Shown here: positions 22,275-31,824 of the stretch, piece after piece | Position numbering within the stretch: position 1 is the stretch's first letter | How the letters are laid out: each line of letters begins with the position of its first letter | NCBI GenBank assembly: GCA_964527995.1 | Contig: CAZGRP010000005.1 | Coordinates: 65,642 to 129,641 of the forward strand | Direction: 5' to 3' | DNA: 64,000 bases | DNA from: an uncultured Cytophagia bacterium | GTDB lineage: Bacteria > Zhuqueibacterota > Zhuqueibacteria > Oceanimicrobiales > CAZGRP01 | Notes under the pieces: model-generated | The model's input: only the letters and a program-made list of their open reading frames with translations | The model's database searches: none | What the model was told of the DNA's origin: nothing | Made by a program: the position numbers and the translations under genes

Positions 22275-23780
22275 TTGCACAGACGCAAACAAGCTCTCAC
22301 GATCGTTCTTTCGCTTCTTGTTTTGCTCATCCTGACAGCCGTTGCCTTCGGCCAGGAGGCCGCAGCCGCTCAGCAGGAGGAGTCTTTCGGTATCGGCGCC
22401 GTCCTGCCCCTCTGGAGCGTGATTCCCTTCGTCGGCATCTTGCTGTCGATCGCACTTTTCCCACTCCTGGCACCGCACTTCTGGCATCACCACTTTGGTA
22501 AAGTCTCAGCCTTCTGGGCACTGGTCTTCGCAGTGCCGTTTCTGTTTGCCTACCACGGTGAGGCACTTTACGAGATCTGGCACATCTACCTGTCGGACTA
22601 CATCCCGTTCATCATACTGCTATGGTCGCTCTACACGGTGTCGGGAGGCATTCTTCTCGAGGGGACCCTGCAGGGCACGCCGGTGGTGAACACCATCGTC
22701 CTCCTCATCGGGACTTTCCTGGCGTCGTGGATTGGTACCACCGGTGCCGCCATGCTGCTCATTCGGCCGCTGCTGCGGGCCAACGCACACCGGAAGAACA
22801 AAGTCCATCTCGTCATCTTTTTCATCTTCCTGGTAGCCAACATCGGTGGATCGCTTACGCCCCTGGGTGACCCGCCGTTGTTCCTGGGCTTTCTGCACGG
22901 CGTGCCGTTCTTCTGGACCTTCCGCTTGATCGTGGAGATGGGAACGCTGTCTCTGGCCCTCCTGGCGATCTTCTTTATCCTCGACACGGTTCAGTACCGC
23001 CGCGAGAAGGCAGCGACGCAAACTGCCCAGGTTGGGGCCACGCCCGAGCTCGTCGCGGCGAACCCCGGTCCGGCCGGTCCCGTGGATTCGACGCCGCTAC
23101 GGATTCGCGGAAAGCAGAATTTCATCTTTCTTCTCGGGATCGTCGGCGGCGTGCTGATGAGCGGGATCTGGCATGCTGGAACGATCAACATCTTCGGTGT
23201 TGAAGAGCACATCCAGAATCTCGTGCGCGATGGATTTCTGGTCCTGATGGGGCTGCTGTCCGTCCGGTTCACATCGAAAGAAATTCGCGACGGGAATGCC
23301 TTCACCTGGTTCCCGATCCAGGAAGTGGCCTATCTTTTCGCTGGGATCTTCATGACCATCATCCCCGCCCTGGCGATCTTGCGCGCTGGTGAACATGGTG
23401 CCATGGCCTGGCTGATCAAGTCGGTTTCGGAGCCGTCCCACTACTTCTGGGTGACCGGAAGCCTTTCAAGCTTTCTGGACAATGCTCCAACCTATCTGAC
23501 GTTTCTAAGTACTGCTCTCGGCGGCTTCTTCCCGGGAGTCGTGGAGCGGCAAGCCGTTCACATGCTCATTGCTCAGAAAGAGATCTACCTTGTGGCGATT
23601 TCAACCGGAGCGGTGTTCATGGGCGCAAACACCTACATTGGCAACGCTCCGAATTTCATGGTGAAGTCGATCGCGGAAGAGCAGGGAGTAAAGATGCCAA
23701 GCTTTTTCGGCTACATGATGTGGTCGATTGGCATTCTGATCCCTCTCTTCGTTCTCATTACACTGGTCTTCTTGTCGTAG
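22275..23780 (+). CDS. ArsB/NhaD/CitMHS-superfamily permease (putative anion or Na+/H+ transporter; a role in sulfate uptake is an inference from context)
   Basis: 501 aa polytopic membrane protein with a GSLTPLGDPP motif and a two-repeat architecture. The family assignment is tentative and the exact start is uncertain. Confidence 0.5.
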   Translation: MHRRKQALTIVLSLLVLLILTAVAFGQEAAAAQQEESFGIGAVLPLWSVIPFVGILLSIALFPLLAPHFWHHHFGKVSAFWALVFAVPFLFAYHGEALYEIWHIYLSDYIPFIILLWSLYTVSGGILLEGTLQGTPVVNTIVLLIGTFLASWIGTTGAAMLLIRPLLRANAHRKNKVHLVIFFIFLVANIGGSLTPLGDPPLFLGFLHGVPFFWTFRLIVEMGTLSLALLAIFFILDTVQYRREKAATQTAQVGATPELVAANPGPAGPVDSTPLRIRGKQNFIFLLGIVGGVLMSGIWHAGTINIFGVEEHIQNLVRDGFLVLMGLLSVRFTSKEIRDGNAFTWFPIQEVAYLFAGIFMTIIPALAILRAGEHGAMAWLIKSVSEPSHYFWVTGSLSSFLDNAPTYLTFLSTALGGFFPGVVERQAVHMLIAQKEIYLVAISTGAVFMGANTYIGNAPNFMVKSIAEEQGVKMPSFFGYMMWSIGILIPLFVLITLVFLS

Positions 23781-23936
23781 ACGTTGGCTTTTGCGGCTGC
23801 CGCTGAGATGCGGCTGCCTTAGAGAAAGGGAACAAGCCCACTGGCTGCCCGGAGCAGGTTCTCCGGAGATCGAGTCGTTGTCGCACGACGCTTCCGGCCG
23901 GGACTTCCCAGTGATGCTGCATCGCGGAGGGATGGG

Positions 23937-24452
23937 TTGATCACTTTCCTTTTTTACGCCTTCTCCATCATCGCCCTGGCGAGTGCGGTGGGGGTCATTC
24001 TCCATCGCAACCCGGTCTATTCAGCTCTCATGCTGATTATGACCCTCTTCTCCCTGGCGGGCCTCTACGTTCTACTGGATGCACCTTTCATCGCTGCGGT
24101 ACAGGTCATCGTCTACGCGGGCGCCATCATGGTGCTCTTCCTCTTTGTGATCATGCTGCTCAACTTTCGGGGTGGTTCCGGCTTGGATCGTAGTTCCAAG
24201 TGGATCCGCCGGACTGCCCTCGGGCTGGGCGTCCTGCTGGTGATCAGCTTTGCAGTCGTGCTGGCAAAATCGAGTGCCGTATCGAGCGACGAGCCGATGC
24301 GGTTCGGCGCCAACGATGGCATGGCCAGCACTGCGTCGATCGGGACGCGGCTTTTCACCGACTACATCTTGATATTTGAGGCTGCTTCGATTCTGCTTCT
24401 GGCAGCCATCGTCGGCGCTGTTATGATTGCCAGGCGTCGACTGAGAGCTTGA
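23937..24452 (+). CDS. nuoJ: NADH-quinone oxidoreductase subunit J
   Basis: [27 protein letters not shown]...[23 protein letters not shown] start with RBS ggaggg. Confidence 0.85.
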   Translation: MITFLFYAFSIIALASAVGVILHRNPVYSALMLIMTLFSLAGLYVLLDAPFIAAVQVIVYAGAIMVLFLFVIMLLNFRGGSGLDRSSKWIRRTALGLGVLLVISFAVVLAKSSAVSSDEPMRFGANDGMASTASIGTRLFTDYILIFEAASILLLAAIVGAVMIARRRLRA

Positions 24453-24456
24453 TGCC

Positions 24457-24756
24457 ATGTATCTGACCCATGTACTTATTCTGAGTGCGGCGCTGTTCAC
24501 GATTGGTGTGCTGGGCGTTCTGACGCGCCGGAACGCCATCGTCGTGTTCATGTCGATCGAGATTATGCTCAATGCGGTGAACTTGAGCTTCATCGCCCTG
24601 GCGGCCCACCTTCACAACACCGACGGCCAGATCTTTGTCTTCTTCGTCATGGTCGTGGCGGCAGCCGAGGTGGCCGTGGGTCTGGCACTGATCGTCGCCA
24701 TCTATCGGCTTCGCGACACGGTGATGGTGGATGAGATCAATCTGATGAAATGGTGA
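24457..24756 (+). CDS. nuoK: NADH-quinone oxidoreductase subunit K
   Basis: 99 aa; [37 protein letters not shown]. Confidence 0.9.
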   Translation: MYLTHVLILSAALFTIGVLGVLTRRNAIVVFMSIEIMLNAVNLSFIALAAHLHNTDGQIFVFFVMVVAAAEVAVGLALIVAIYRLRDTVMVDEINLMKW

Positions 24757-24871
24757 GCGAGCCAGCGGCGGTTGCACCGGCTGCAGGCGGCACCTCACAA
24801 TCGAATGGGACAGGGATGGGAAAGCACGTCGGCCCAGTGAATCGGTTTACCTACTTTAGGCGACGAGAGCT

Positions 24872-26788
24872 GTGATGCTGCAGAACGTTTGGCTGATTCT
24901 GTTTTTTCCTCTTCTGGGCTTCCTCGTAAACGGCCTGCTCGGCCGCTATTTGGGAGAGCGCCGCGTCCGTATCCTTGGGCCCGGTGTGGTGGGGATCTCT
25001 TTCCTGCTGTCGCTGCTTGCTTTCGTGCAGTTGCTCGGGCTGCCTGCTGAAGAGCGCGTCGTCGGGAACACGCTTTATACCTGGATTGCTGCCGGCAAAT
25101 TCGAGATCTCCGTAAGTTTCCTGCTCGACCCTCTTTCGGCCTTGATGATCCTGGTCGTCACCGGCGTCGGCTTTCTGATTCACGTCTACTCCGTAGGCTA
25201 CATGCATGGTGATCGGGGCTTTGCGAGATTCTTCGCTTTTCTGAACCTGTTCACCTTCGCAATGCTTCTTCTTGTGCTCGCCGATAACTTCCTGTTGCTT
25301 TTCGTCGGCTGGGAAGGGGTCGGCCTCTGTTCCTATCTGCTCATCGGCTTCTGGTATGAGGACGACTACAACGCCTACGCAGGGCGCAAGGCCTTCGTCG
25401 TCAATCGTGTCGGCGACTTCGGCTTTCTCCTTGCCCTGTTTCTGATCGTATCGGTGTTCGGCAGCCTGAAATACGATGAAGTCTTCACCGCGGTGTCCCA
25501 GGGGCAGGGTCTGGCGGCGATCACGGCGATCACTCTGTTGCTGTTCGTGGGAGCCACGGGCAAGTCGGCCCAGCTGCCACTCTACGTCTGGCTGCCCGAT
25601 GCGATGGCGGGTCCGACTCCAGTCTCCGCACTGATCCACGCTGCGACGATGGTGACGGCTGGGGTCTACATGGTGGCTCGCACTCACGTGCTCTTCCTGC
25701 ACAGCCAGACGGCGATGGCTGTGGTTGCGATCGTGGGAGTGGCAACTGCATTCTACTCGGCCACGATCGCGCTGACGAGCAACGACATCAAGCGGGTGCT
25801 GGCCTACTCGACCATCAGCCAGCTCGGTTACATGTTTCTGGCTACGGGCGTCGGGGCGTTTGCCGCCGGCATCTTTCACCTGATGACACATGCCTTCTTC
25901 AAAGCCTTGCTCTTCCTCTGCGCCGGCAGCGTGATGCATGCCATGTCGAACGAGACCGACATGCGCAAGATGGGGGGACTGAAAAGCAAGATGCCAATCA
26001 CCTACCTGACAATGCTGACGGGGGCGCTGGCTCTGGCCGGAATCCCGGTCTTCTCGGGCTTCTTTTCGAAGGACGAAATCTTGTGGATGACGGTGGCGAG
26101 TCCTTATGGAGGATTCGGCCTCTGGCTTGTCGGAGCAGCCGCTGCGGGGCTCACGGCCTTCTACATTTTCCGTCTCATCTACCTCACCTTTCATGGTGAG
26201 ACGCGTGCCGAAGCGGAAGTGGCCCGTCACATTCATGAATCGCCACCTGTCATGACGGTCCCTCTGGTCCTTCTGGCGCTTTTGGCTCTGGTCGGCGGCT
26301 GGGTTGGAATTCCGCAATTGTTCACGCCGCTGGACAGCTTTCTCGAGCCAGTGTTCAGCCGCTACGTGCAGGTCGAAATCGCTCCACCGCCTGGGGCGGT
26401 CGGACTGGAATGGTCGTTCATGGGCATCTCGGTGGCGATTGCGCTGCTTGGTATCGGTGTGGCGTATCTGATGTACGTGAAAAACCCTGCGCTGCCCGCG
26501 GTGGTGGCCGCACGGTTCTCCCGGCTTTACCGCATGCTTTACAACAAATACTACGTGGACGAGATCTACAACGCCGTCATCGTTCGCCCGATCGCGGTGA
26601 TGTCGGATATCCTGTTCTGGCGCGTCATCGACATGCGCCTGGTGGACGGTGCAGTCAATGGCATGGCCAAAATGTTCGGCTCCATCAGCCACTATGTGCG
26701 CCGGCTGCAAACCGGGCTGGTGCAAGCCTATGCTCTCTCTTTGTTCTTGGGAGCCGTTGCCCTCATCTTCTACTACTTATTCGTCTAG
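24872..26788 (+). CDS. nuoL: NADH-quinone oxidoreductase subunit L
   Basis: 638 aa antiporter-like subunit (WLPDAMAGPTPVSALIHAATMVTAGVY). The ATG at 24875 may be the true start. Confidence 0.9.
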   Translation: MMLQNVWLILFFPLLGFLVNGLLGRYLGERRVRILGPGVVGISFLLSLLAFVQLLGLPAEERVVGNTLYTWIAAGKFEISVSFLLDPLSALMILVVTGVGFLIHVYSVGYMHGDRGFARFFAFLNLFTFAMLLLVLADNFLLLFVGWEGVGLCSYLLIGFWYEDDYNAYAGRKAFVVNRVGDFGFLLALFLIVSVFGSLKYDEVFTAVSQGQGLAAITAITLLLFVGATGKSAQLPLYVWLPDAMAGPTPVSALIHAATMVTAGVYMVARTHVLFLHSQTAMAVVAIVGVATAFYSATIALTSNDIKRVLAYSTISQLGYMFLATGVGAFAAGIFHLMTHAFFKALLFLCAGSVMHAMSNETDMRKMGGLKSKMPITYLTMLTGALALAGIPVFSGFFSKDEILWMTVASPYGGFGLWLVGAAAAGLTAFYIFRLIYLTFHGETRAEAEVARHIHESPPVMTVPLVLLALLALVGGWVGIPQLFTPLDSFLEPVFSRYVQVEIAPPPGAVGLEWSFMGISVAIALLGIGVAYLMYVKNPALPAVVAARFSRLYRMLYNKYYVDEIYNAVIVRPIAVMSDILFWRVIDMRLVDGAVNGMAKMFGSISHYVRRLQTGLVQAYALSLFLGAVALIFYYLFV

Positions 26789-26797
26789 ACTCGACCG

Positions 26798-28360
26798 ATG
26801 TCTTCGATCTTAACTTGGCTTATCTTCTTACCTCTCGTAGGCGCCCTCGTGGTGTGGTGGACGCCTGCCGAGCAGCGGGAGAGCAGACTCAAGGTCATTG
26901 CCCTGGTCTTTTCCACCGCGATCTTTCTGCTTTCCTTGGTGCTCTATTTCAGTTTCGATGGCGGTTCAGCCGCCATGCAGTTTGAGCAGGATGTGCCCTG
27001 GATCGAGACGTTCGGCATCCGTTACCATGTCGGCATCGATGGTATCAGCCTTCTGCTCATCCTTCTGACGACCTTTCTCACCCCGATCACATTGCTGTCG
27101 TCCTGGGGGAGCATCCAGCGTAGCGTCCGCGGCTTTCTGGTGTCGATGCTGCTGCTGGAGACCGGCATGCTGGGGGTCTTCTCGAGCCTGGACCTCTTCC
27201 TGTTTTACGTTTTCTGGGAGGCCATGCTCATCCCGATGTATTTTATCATCGGCATCTGGGGCGGTGAGAGGCGCATTTATGCCGCGGTGAAGTTCTTCAT
27301 GTACACGATGGTGGGCAGCCTTCTCATGCTGGTCGCCATTCTCTACCTGTACTTCTACCATGGCAGGGTTACGGGTGTCTACACGTTCGATCTCTTGCAG
27401 ATCCAGAAGCTGGCCATCCCGCCGCAGATTCAGCTTTGGCTCTTCCTGGCCTTTGGTCTCAGTTTCGCGATCAAGGTGCCGATGTTTCCCTTCCACACCT
27501 GGCTGCCCGACGCCCACGTAGAGGCGCCGACGGCGGGAAGTGTGATCCTGGCCGGCGTGCTCCTGAAAATGGGGACCTACGGATTCTTGCGGTTCTCGCT
27601 GCCGCTTTTCCCGAATGCTGCGGCTACGTTTACGCCACTCATCATGACGCTGGCGGTGATCGGCATCATCTATGGGGCTTTGGTGGCGATGGTACAGCCC
27701 GATTTGAAGAAAATGGTGGCCTACTCCAGTGTCAGCCACCTGGGCTTTGTCATGCTCGGCATCTTTGCCCTGAATGCCCAGGGTATTCAGGGCGGCATCC
27801 TGCAGATGGTGAATCACGGCCTGTCCACGGGCGCCCTATTCCTGATCGTGGGCATGATCTACGACCGCCGGCACACTCGTCTTATCGCGGAATTCGGTGG
27901 GCTGGCGCGTCAGATTCCGGTGTTCACCGCCTTTTTCATGATCGTGACTCTATCGTCCATCGGCCTTCCCGGACTGAACGGTTTTGTGGGCGAGTTCCTC
28001 ATCCTCCTGGGCACGTTCCTGTCGAGCCGCACCTTCGCCGTGTTCGCAGCGTCCGGAGTGATTCTGGCGGCAGTTTACATGTTGCTCATGTTCCAGCGGG
28101 TTATGTTCGGAAAACTGGACAAGCCGGAAAATCAGAAGCTGAAAGACTTGAGTCTGCGAGAGGTGTTTGTTCTTGTTCCGGTGGTAGCTCTTATTATCTG
28201 GATCGGTGTGATGCCGAAGCCATTCTTGAACAAGATGGAGGCCAGCGTCACGGCGCTGATCAAACAGGTGGAGGAGCGCCGCGCCGAGGTGGTGCATCAC
28301 GGCAGCGCCGTGGCGGTTGCTCCAACCCGGATCGAAATCCCCGCCGGGGGAGGGGAGTGA
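26798..28360 (+). CDS. nuoM: NADH-quinone oxidoreductase subunit M
   Basis: 520 aa; FHTWLPDAHVEAPTAGSVILAGVLLKMGTYGF. Confidence 0.9.
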   Translation: MSSILTWLIFLPLVGALVVWWTPAEQRESRLKVIALVFSTAIFLLSLVLYFSFDGGSAAMQFEQDVPWIETFGIRYHVGIDGISLLLILLTTFLTPITLLSSWGSIQRSVRGFLVSMLLLETGMLGVFSSLDLFLFYVFWEAMLIPMYFIIGIWGGERRIYAAVKFFMYTMVGSLLMLVAILYLYFYHGRVTGVYTFDLLQIQKLAIPPQIQLWLFLAFGLSFAIKVPMFPFHTWLPDAHVEAPTAGSVILAGVLLKMGTYGFLRFSLPLFPNAAATFTPLIMTLAVIGIIYGALVAMVQPDLKKMVAYSSVSHLGFVMLGIFALNAQGIQGGILQMVNHGLSTGALFLIVGMIYDRRHTRLIAEFGGLARQIPVFTAFFMIVTLSSIGLPGLNGFVGEFLILLGTFLSSRTFAVFAASGVILAAVYMLLMFQRVMFGKLDKPENQKLKDLSLREVFVLVPVVALIIWIGVMPKPFLNKMEASVTALIKQVEERRAEVVHHGSAVAVAPTRIEIPAGGGE

Positions 28361-28366
28361 GCGCAG

Positions 28367-29809
28367 ATGGCACCGGGTGATCTGAAAGTAGTCCTTCCTG
28401 AACTGGTGTTGGCGGGCGGTGGCCTGGTGGTCCTGCTGGTCGCCCTCATCTGGCCGAAAGTGAGCCGAGCTCTGCAGGCAGGCTTCTCACTTGCCGTGCT
28501 TGGCGTGGCGCTGGCCGTTCTTCCAGGACTGTGGGGCAGGAATCTTTCCGGTTTCGGCGGGCTGATCGCCGCCGACAACTACGCCCTGGTTTTCGGAGGG
28601 ATCTTCCTGGTGTCGGCGGCCCTGACGATTCTTCTCTCTCTGAACCGCCACGAAACGCGCTACGTCCTCTACAACGAATTCTTCGCGCTGGTGCTGTTCG
28701 CGACGTTGGGCATGGCGCTGATGGCTGCAGGCACCGACCTGCTGACGATTTTCATCGGCCTCGAGACGCTCTCCATCTCGCTCTACGTTCTGGCTGCCTT
28801 CCGCCGGGACGACGCCCGGGCTCTGGAAGCCGCCTTCAAGTACTTTCTCCTCGGGGCGTTTGCCAGCGCTTTCCTATTATATGGCATCGCTTTGATGTAC
28901 GGCGCCACCGGAAGCACGCGCATAGCGATCCTGGCCGACTTTGTTTTGCGTCGAGGCCTGCTCAGCGACCCGCTCTTCGTGGCTGGTTTTCTTCTTGCCG
29001 TCGTCGGTTTCGGATTCAAGGTGGCGATGGTTCCCTTCCACATGTGGGCCCCGGATGTGTACCAGGGCGCTCCCACCCCGGTGACGGCGTTCATGGCCAC
29101 CGGTTCGAAGGCTGCCGGGTTCGCGGCGCTGCTTCGAGTGCTTGGGACTTCGTTCGGGGAACAGGCGGTGCACTGGCAGACTGTGATCTGGGTGCTGGCC
29201 TTCTTGACCATGACGTTCGGGAACATCACTGCCTTGCGGCAGCAGAACATCAAGCGTATGCTTGCTTACTCCTCGATTGCACACGCGGGCTACGTCCTGG
29301 TTGGCGTGATTGCGGCCAATGCCATGGCAACGTCCAGTGTGGTCTTTTATCTGCTGGCGTACACTTTTATGACGGCCGGCGCCTTCGGCGTTGTGTCGAT
29401 GCTGGCCTCGCAGAGCGAGGAGTTTGTCGATCTGAGCGCCTATCGGGGCCTGGCGTATCGCTCTCCGGCCGCGGCTGTGGTGATGTCGGTGTTCATGTTT
29501 TCCCTGGCCGGGATTCCGCCGACCGCCGGGTTCATGGGGAAGTTCTATCTCTTCAGCGCCGCGGTCAAGGCCGGCTTCATCTGGCTCGTCATCTTCGGTG
29601 TGATCAACTCGATGATCAGCCTCTATTACTATCTCGGCGTGGTCGTGAACATGTTCATGAACGATCCGGAAGCTTCCACACCCACGGTCGTACGCACTCC
29701 GCCGGTCGCAGTGGCCCTCGGGATTGCGGTGCTGGGCACGCTGGCTCTCGGCCTGTTTCCTTCCCAGTGGATGGGGTTGATGGTGAACCTCTGGGGCACG
29801 GTGATGTGA
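28367..29809 (+). CDS. nuoN: NADH-quinone oxidoreductase subunit N
   Basis: 480 aa; FHMWAPDVYQGAPTPVTAFMATGSKAAGF. Confidence 0.9.
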   Translation: MAPGDLKVVLPELVLAGGGLVVLLVALIWPKVSRALQAGFSLAVLGVALAVLPGLWGRNLSGFGGLIAADNYALVFGGIFLVSAALTILLSLNRHETRYVLYNEFFALVLFATLGMALMAAGTDLLTIFIGLETLSISLYVLAAFRRDDARALEAAFKYFLLGAFASAFLLYGIALMYGATGSTRIAILADFVLRRGLLSDPLFVAGFLLAVVGFGFKVAMVPFHMWAPDVYQGAPTPVTAFMATGSKAAGFAALLRVLGTSFGEQAVHWQTVIWVLAFLTMTFGNITALRQQNIKRMLAYSSIAHAGYVLVGVIAANAMATSSVVFYLLAYTFMTAGAFGVVSMLASQSEEFVDLSAYRGLAYRSPAAAVVMSVFMFSLAGIPPTAGFMGKFYLFSAAVKAGFIWLVIFGVINSMISLYYYLGVVVNMFMNDPEASTPTVVRTPPVAVALGIAVLGTLALGLFPSQWMGLMVNLWGTVM

Positions 29810-29817
29810 GGGCTATG

Positions 29818-29852
29818 GAAAATGCAAAATGCAAAATGCAAAATGCAAAATG
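29818..29852. repeat. Tandem heptamer repeat (AAAATGC)x5, 9 nt after the nuoN stop
   Basis: Read directly: gaaaatgc aaaatgc aaaatgc aaaatgc aaaatgg. Confidence 0.9.
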
Positions 29853-30050
29853 GAACGGGGTGGATCGCAATGAAGGCCCAGGGTTATAGAGGCGGTAGAG
29901 GGCCGGGCAGATACAAACGGAACACCGAGGTTTTGGGAGGGTCATTGAATCGATGAATGTAGTCGGTTTGAGGGGAACCATGTGCCGGGCGTCTTTCGCC
30001 GAGTCACGGCACGGCTGATGCCGTCTGGTGGAAACGGCGCAAGGAAGGAG

Positions 30051-30082
30051 GGAGCGTTGGTCGGCGCTCCTTTTGTTGTTTT
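30051..30082 (+). terminator. Candidate intrinsic terminator for the nuo transcript
   Basis: Stem GGAGCG / CGCTCC, loop TTGGTCGG, then TTTTGTTGTTTT. Confidence 0.4.
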
Positions 30083-30138
30083 GGGCCGGGACTTTCAGCC
30101 ACGAGACGGACATTGCGGACTAACCAGGGAGACGTGGA

Positions 30139-31635
30139 ATGGAAATCGCAGTAAAGGCTGCACCAATCGACACGGAGCCTTCGGAGGCTCTCATCGTCGG
30201 CGTACCTCAAGATACATCTTCGTTGCATTTGCCTGCCGCGCTGCAGGAGATCGCCAACGGCCCCATTGCGGCTGGTGACTTCCGCGGCAAAGCGAATGAG
30301 GTCATGCTTCTCTACACCTATCTCGAGCAAGGGCCCAGGCGCCTCTGCCTTGTCGGGCTGGGGGAGTGGGATCACTACACCCTGGAGGCCATAAGAAAGG
30401 CCATCGGCACGGCAGCCAAACAGGTGATGAACCTCGGCGTGCGCAGTTGTGCCGTCGCTCTCGATCTTTTTCGCGGCGAAAAGTTCAACACCAACGAGAC
30501 GGCTCAGGCTATCGTCGAGTCCGCCATTCTGGGGACCTATCAGTATACGCAGTTCAAGGAAGTCGAGCCAGACCAGGCCAAGAGGCTGGAGAACATGACC
30601 TTGCTGGTGGCGGAGTCTGGGCAACAGGCTGGTGCCGAAGATGGAGCGCGATGGGGAACGATTGTCGCCGATTCGGTCTGTGCCAGCCGCGACCTGCAGA
30701 ACCATCCGGGCAACATGTTGACACCGGCACGGCTCGCCGAAGAGGCGGAAAAACTGGCCCATCGGAAGGACCTATCCTTTGAAGTACTTACAGAGAAGGA
30801 AGCACGCGAGCACGGCATGGGAGCGTTTCTTGCAGTGGCACAGGGCAGCCATCAGCCGCCCCGGTTCATTGTCATGGAGTACAAACCAAAAGGGGCCGCG
30901 GGCGAACCCTATGTATTCATCGGTAAGGGCGTCACTTTCGACAGCGGTGGCATCTCGATCAAGCCGAGCTCGAAGATGGAAGAGATGAAGTTCGACATGT
31001 CGGGCGCAGCCGCGGTGCTTGGCACACTCGCTGCGGTCTCCGATCTGCAGATGCCGGTCCATGTTGTCGGATTGATTCCGGCCACCGAAAACCTCCCGGG
31101 TGGCTCGGCTTTGAAGCCGGGTGACATCGTGCGCGCCAGCAACGGCAAGACCATCGAAATCATCAACACCGATGCCGAAGGCCGGCTGATTCTTGCTGAT
31201 GCCCTGGCCTATGCCAAACGCTTTCAACCCGCCGCGGTTGTCGACCTGGCCACGCTCACCGGGGCGTGTGTCGTGGCCCTCGGCCAGGAGGCGACCGGCC
31301 TGTTCGGCAACGACGAGAGCCTCATGGAGCAACTCAGACAAGCCGGTGAGCAGACGGGTGAGCGCTGCTGGCCGTTGCCCCTTTGGGACGCCTATGATGA
31401 GCTGATCAAGAGTGACTATGCCGACGTCAAGAACAGCGGCGGCCGTTGGGCCGGGGCGATCACCGCGGCCGCTTTCTTGAAGAAGTTTGTCGACGGATAC
31501 CGCTGGGCCCATCTCGACATCGCTGGAACCGCCTATTCGGACAAAGATCGGCCCATCGCGCCCCGTGGTGGGGCCGGTGTCGGTGTGCGGCTTCTTGTGC
31601 AGTTCCTGAGGAATGCTCTGCAGCGCCCGGCATGA
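30139..31635 (+). CDS. pepA: Leucyl aminopeptidase (M17 family)
   Basis: NTDAEGRLILADAL signature; 498 aa. Confidence 0.9.
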   Translation: MEIAVKAAPIDTEPSEALIVGVPQDTSSLHLPAALQEIANGPIAAGDFRGKANEVMLLYTYLEQGPRRLCLVGLGEWDHYTLEAIRKAIGTAAKQVMNLGVRSCAVALDLFRGEKFNTNETAQAIVESAILGTYQYTQFKEVEPDQAKRLENMTLLVAESGQQAGAEDGARWGTIVADSVCASRDLQNHPGNMLTPARLAEEAEKLAHRKDLSFEVLTEKEAREHGMGAFLAVAQGSHQPPRFIVMEYKPKGAAGEPYVFIGKGVTFDSGGISIKPSSKMEEMKFDMSGAAAVLGTLAAVSDLQMPVHVVGLIPATENLPGGSALKPGDIVRASNGKTIEIINTDAEGRLILADALAYAKRFQPAAVVDLATLTGACVVALGQEATGLFGNDESLMEQLRQAGEQTGERCWPLPLWDAYDELIKSDYADVKNSGGRWAGAITAAAFLKKFVDGYRWAHLDIAGTAYSDKDRPIAPRGGAGVGVRLLVQFLRNALQRPA

Positions 31636-31674
31636 GGCACTGCCTGGGGCACCTGCCGGTGCGGCAAATTGATG

Positions 31675-31703
31675 TTGACAATGCAGGCTCCAGTTCGTAT
31701 ATT
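31675..31703 (+). promoter_or_regulatory. Sigma-70-like promoter, TTGACA-N17-TATATT
   Basis: Perfect -35 TTGACA at 31675-31680 and -10 TATATT at 31698-31703, with a 17-nt spacer. Confidence 0.45.
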
Positions 31704-31787
31704 AGCAAGCCCTGGAAGGGAGGGCTGCTTCCCGATGACCTGTCCAGCCTTTGGCCAACAATTTGCTTGCAAAGGCTGCTTTTTTTT
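31704..31787 (+). ncRNA. Candidate small RNA (~80 nt) between the consensus promoter and a strong intrinsic terminator. It may be SRP (4.5S) RNA-like, which is untested.
   Basis: The terminator has a 9-bp perfect stem (CAGCCTTTG 31745-31753 / CAAAGGCTG 31770-31778) followed by a T8 run. The internal stretch CCCTGGAAGGGAGGGCTGC...GATGAC resembles the GGAA-tetraloop/AGCAGC region of SRP RNA domain IV. It lies immediately upstream of ffh. Confidence 0.3.
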
Positions 31788-31824
31788 GGTAACTTTTTCT
31801 ATGTAATTACTGGACTTCCGGTAG

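Noticed and set aside
24851-26725. 624-aa minus-strand ORF antisense to nuoL
   Set aside because: Sits opposite a highly conserved complex I subunit. Its composition is extremely R/H/D/Q-rich, so it is an artefact.
29818-29852. Possibility that the AAAATGC tandem array is a CRISPR array
   Set aside because: Units are 7 bp with no spacers, and there is no cas gene nearby, so it is a simple tandem microsatellite-like repeat.
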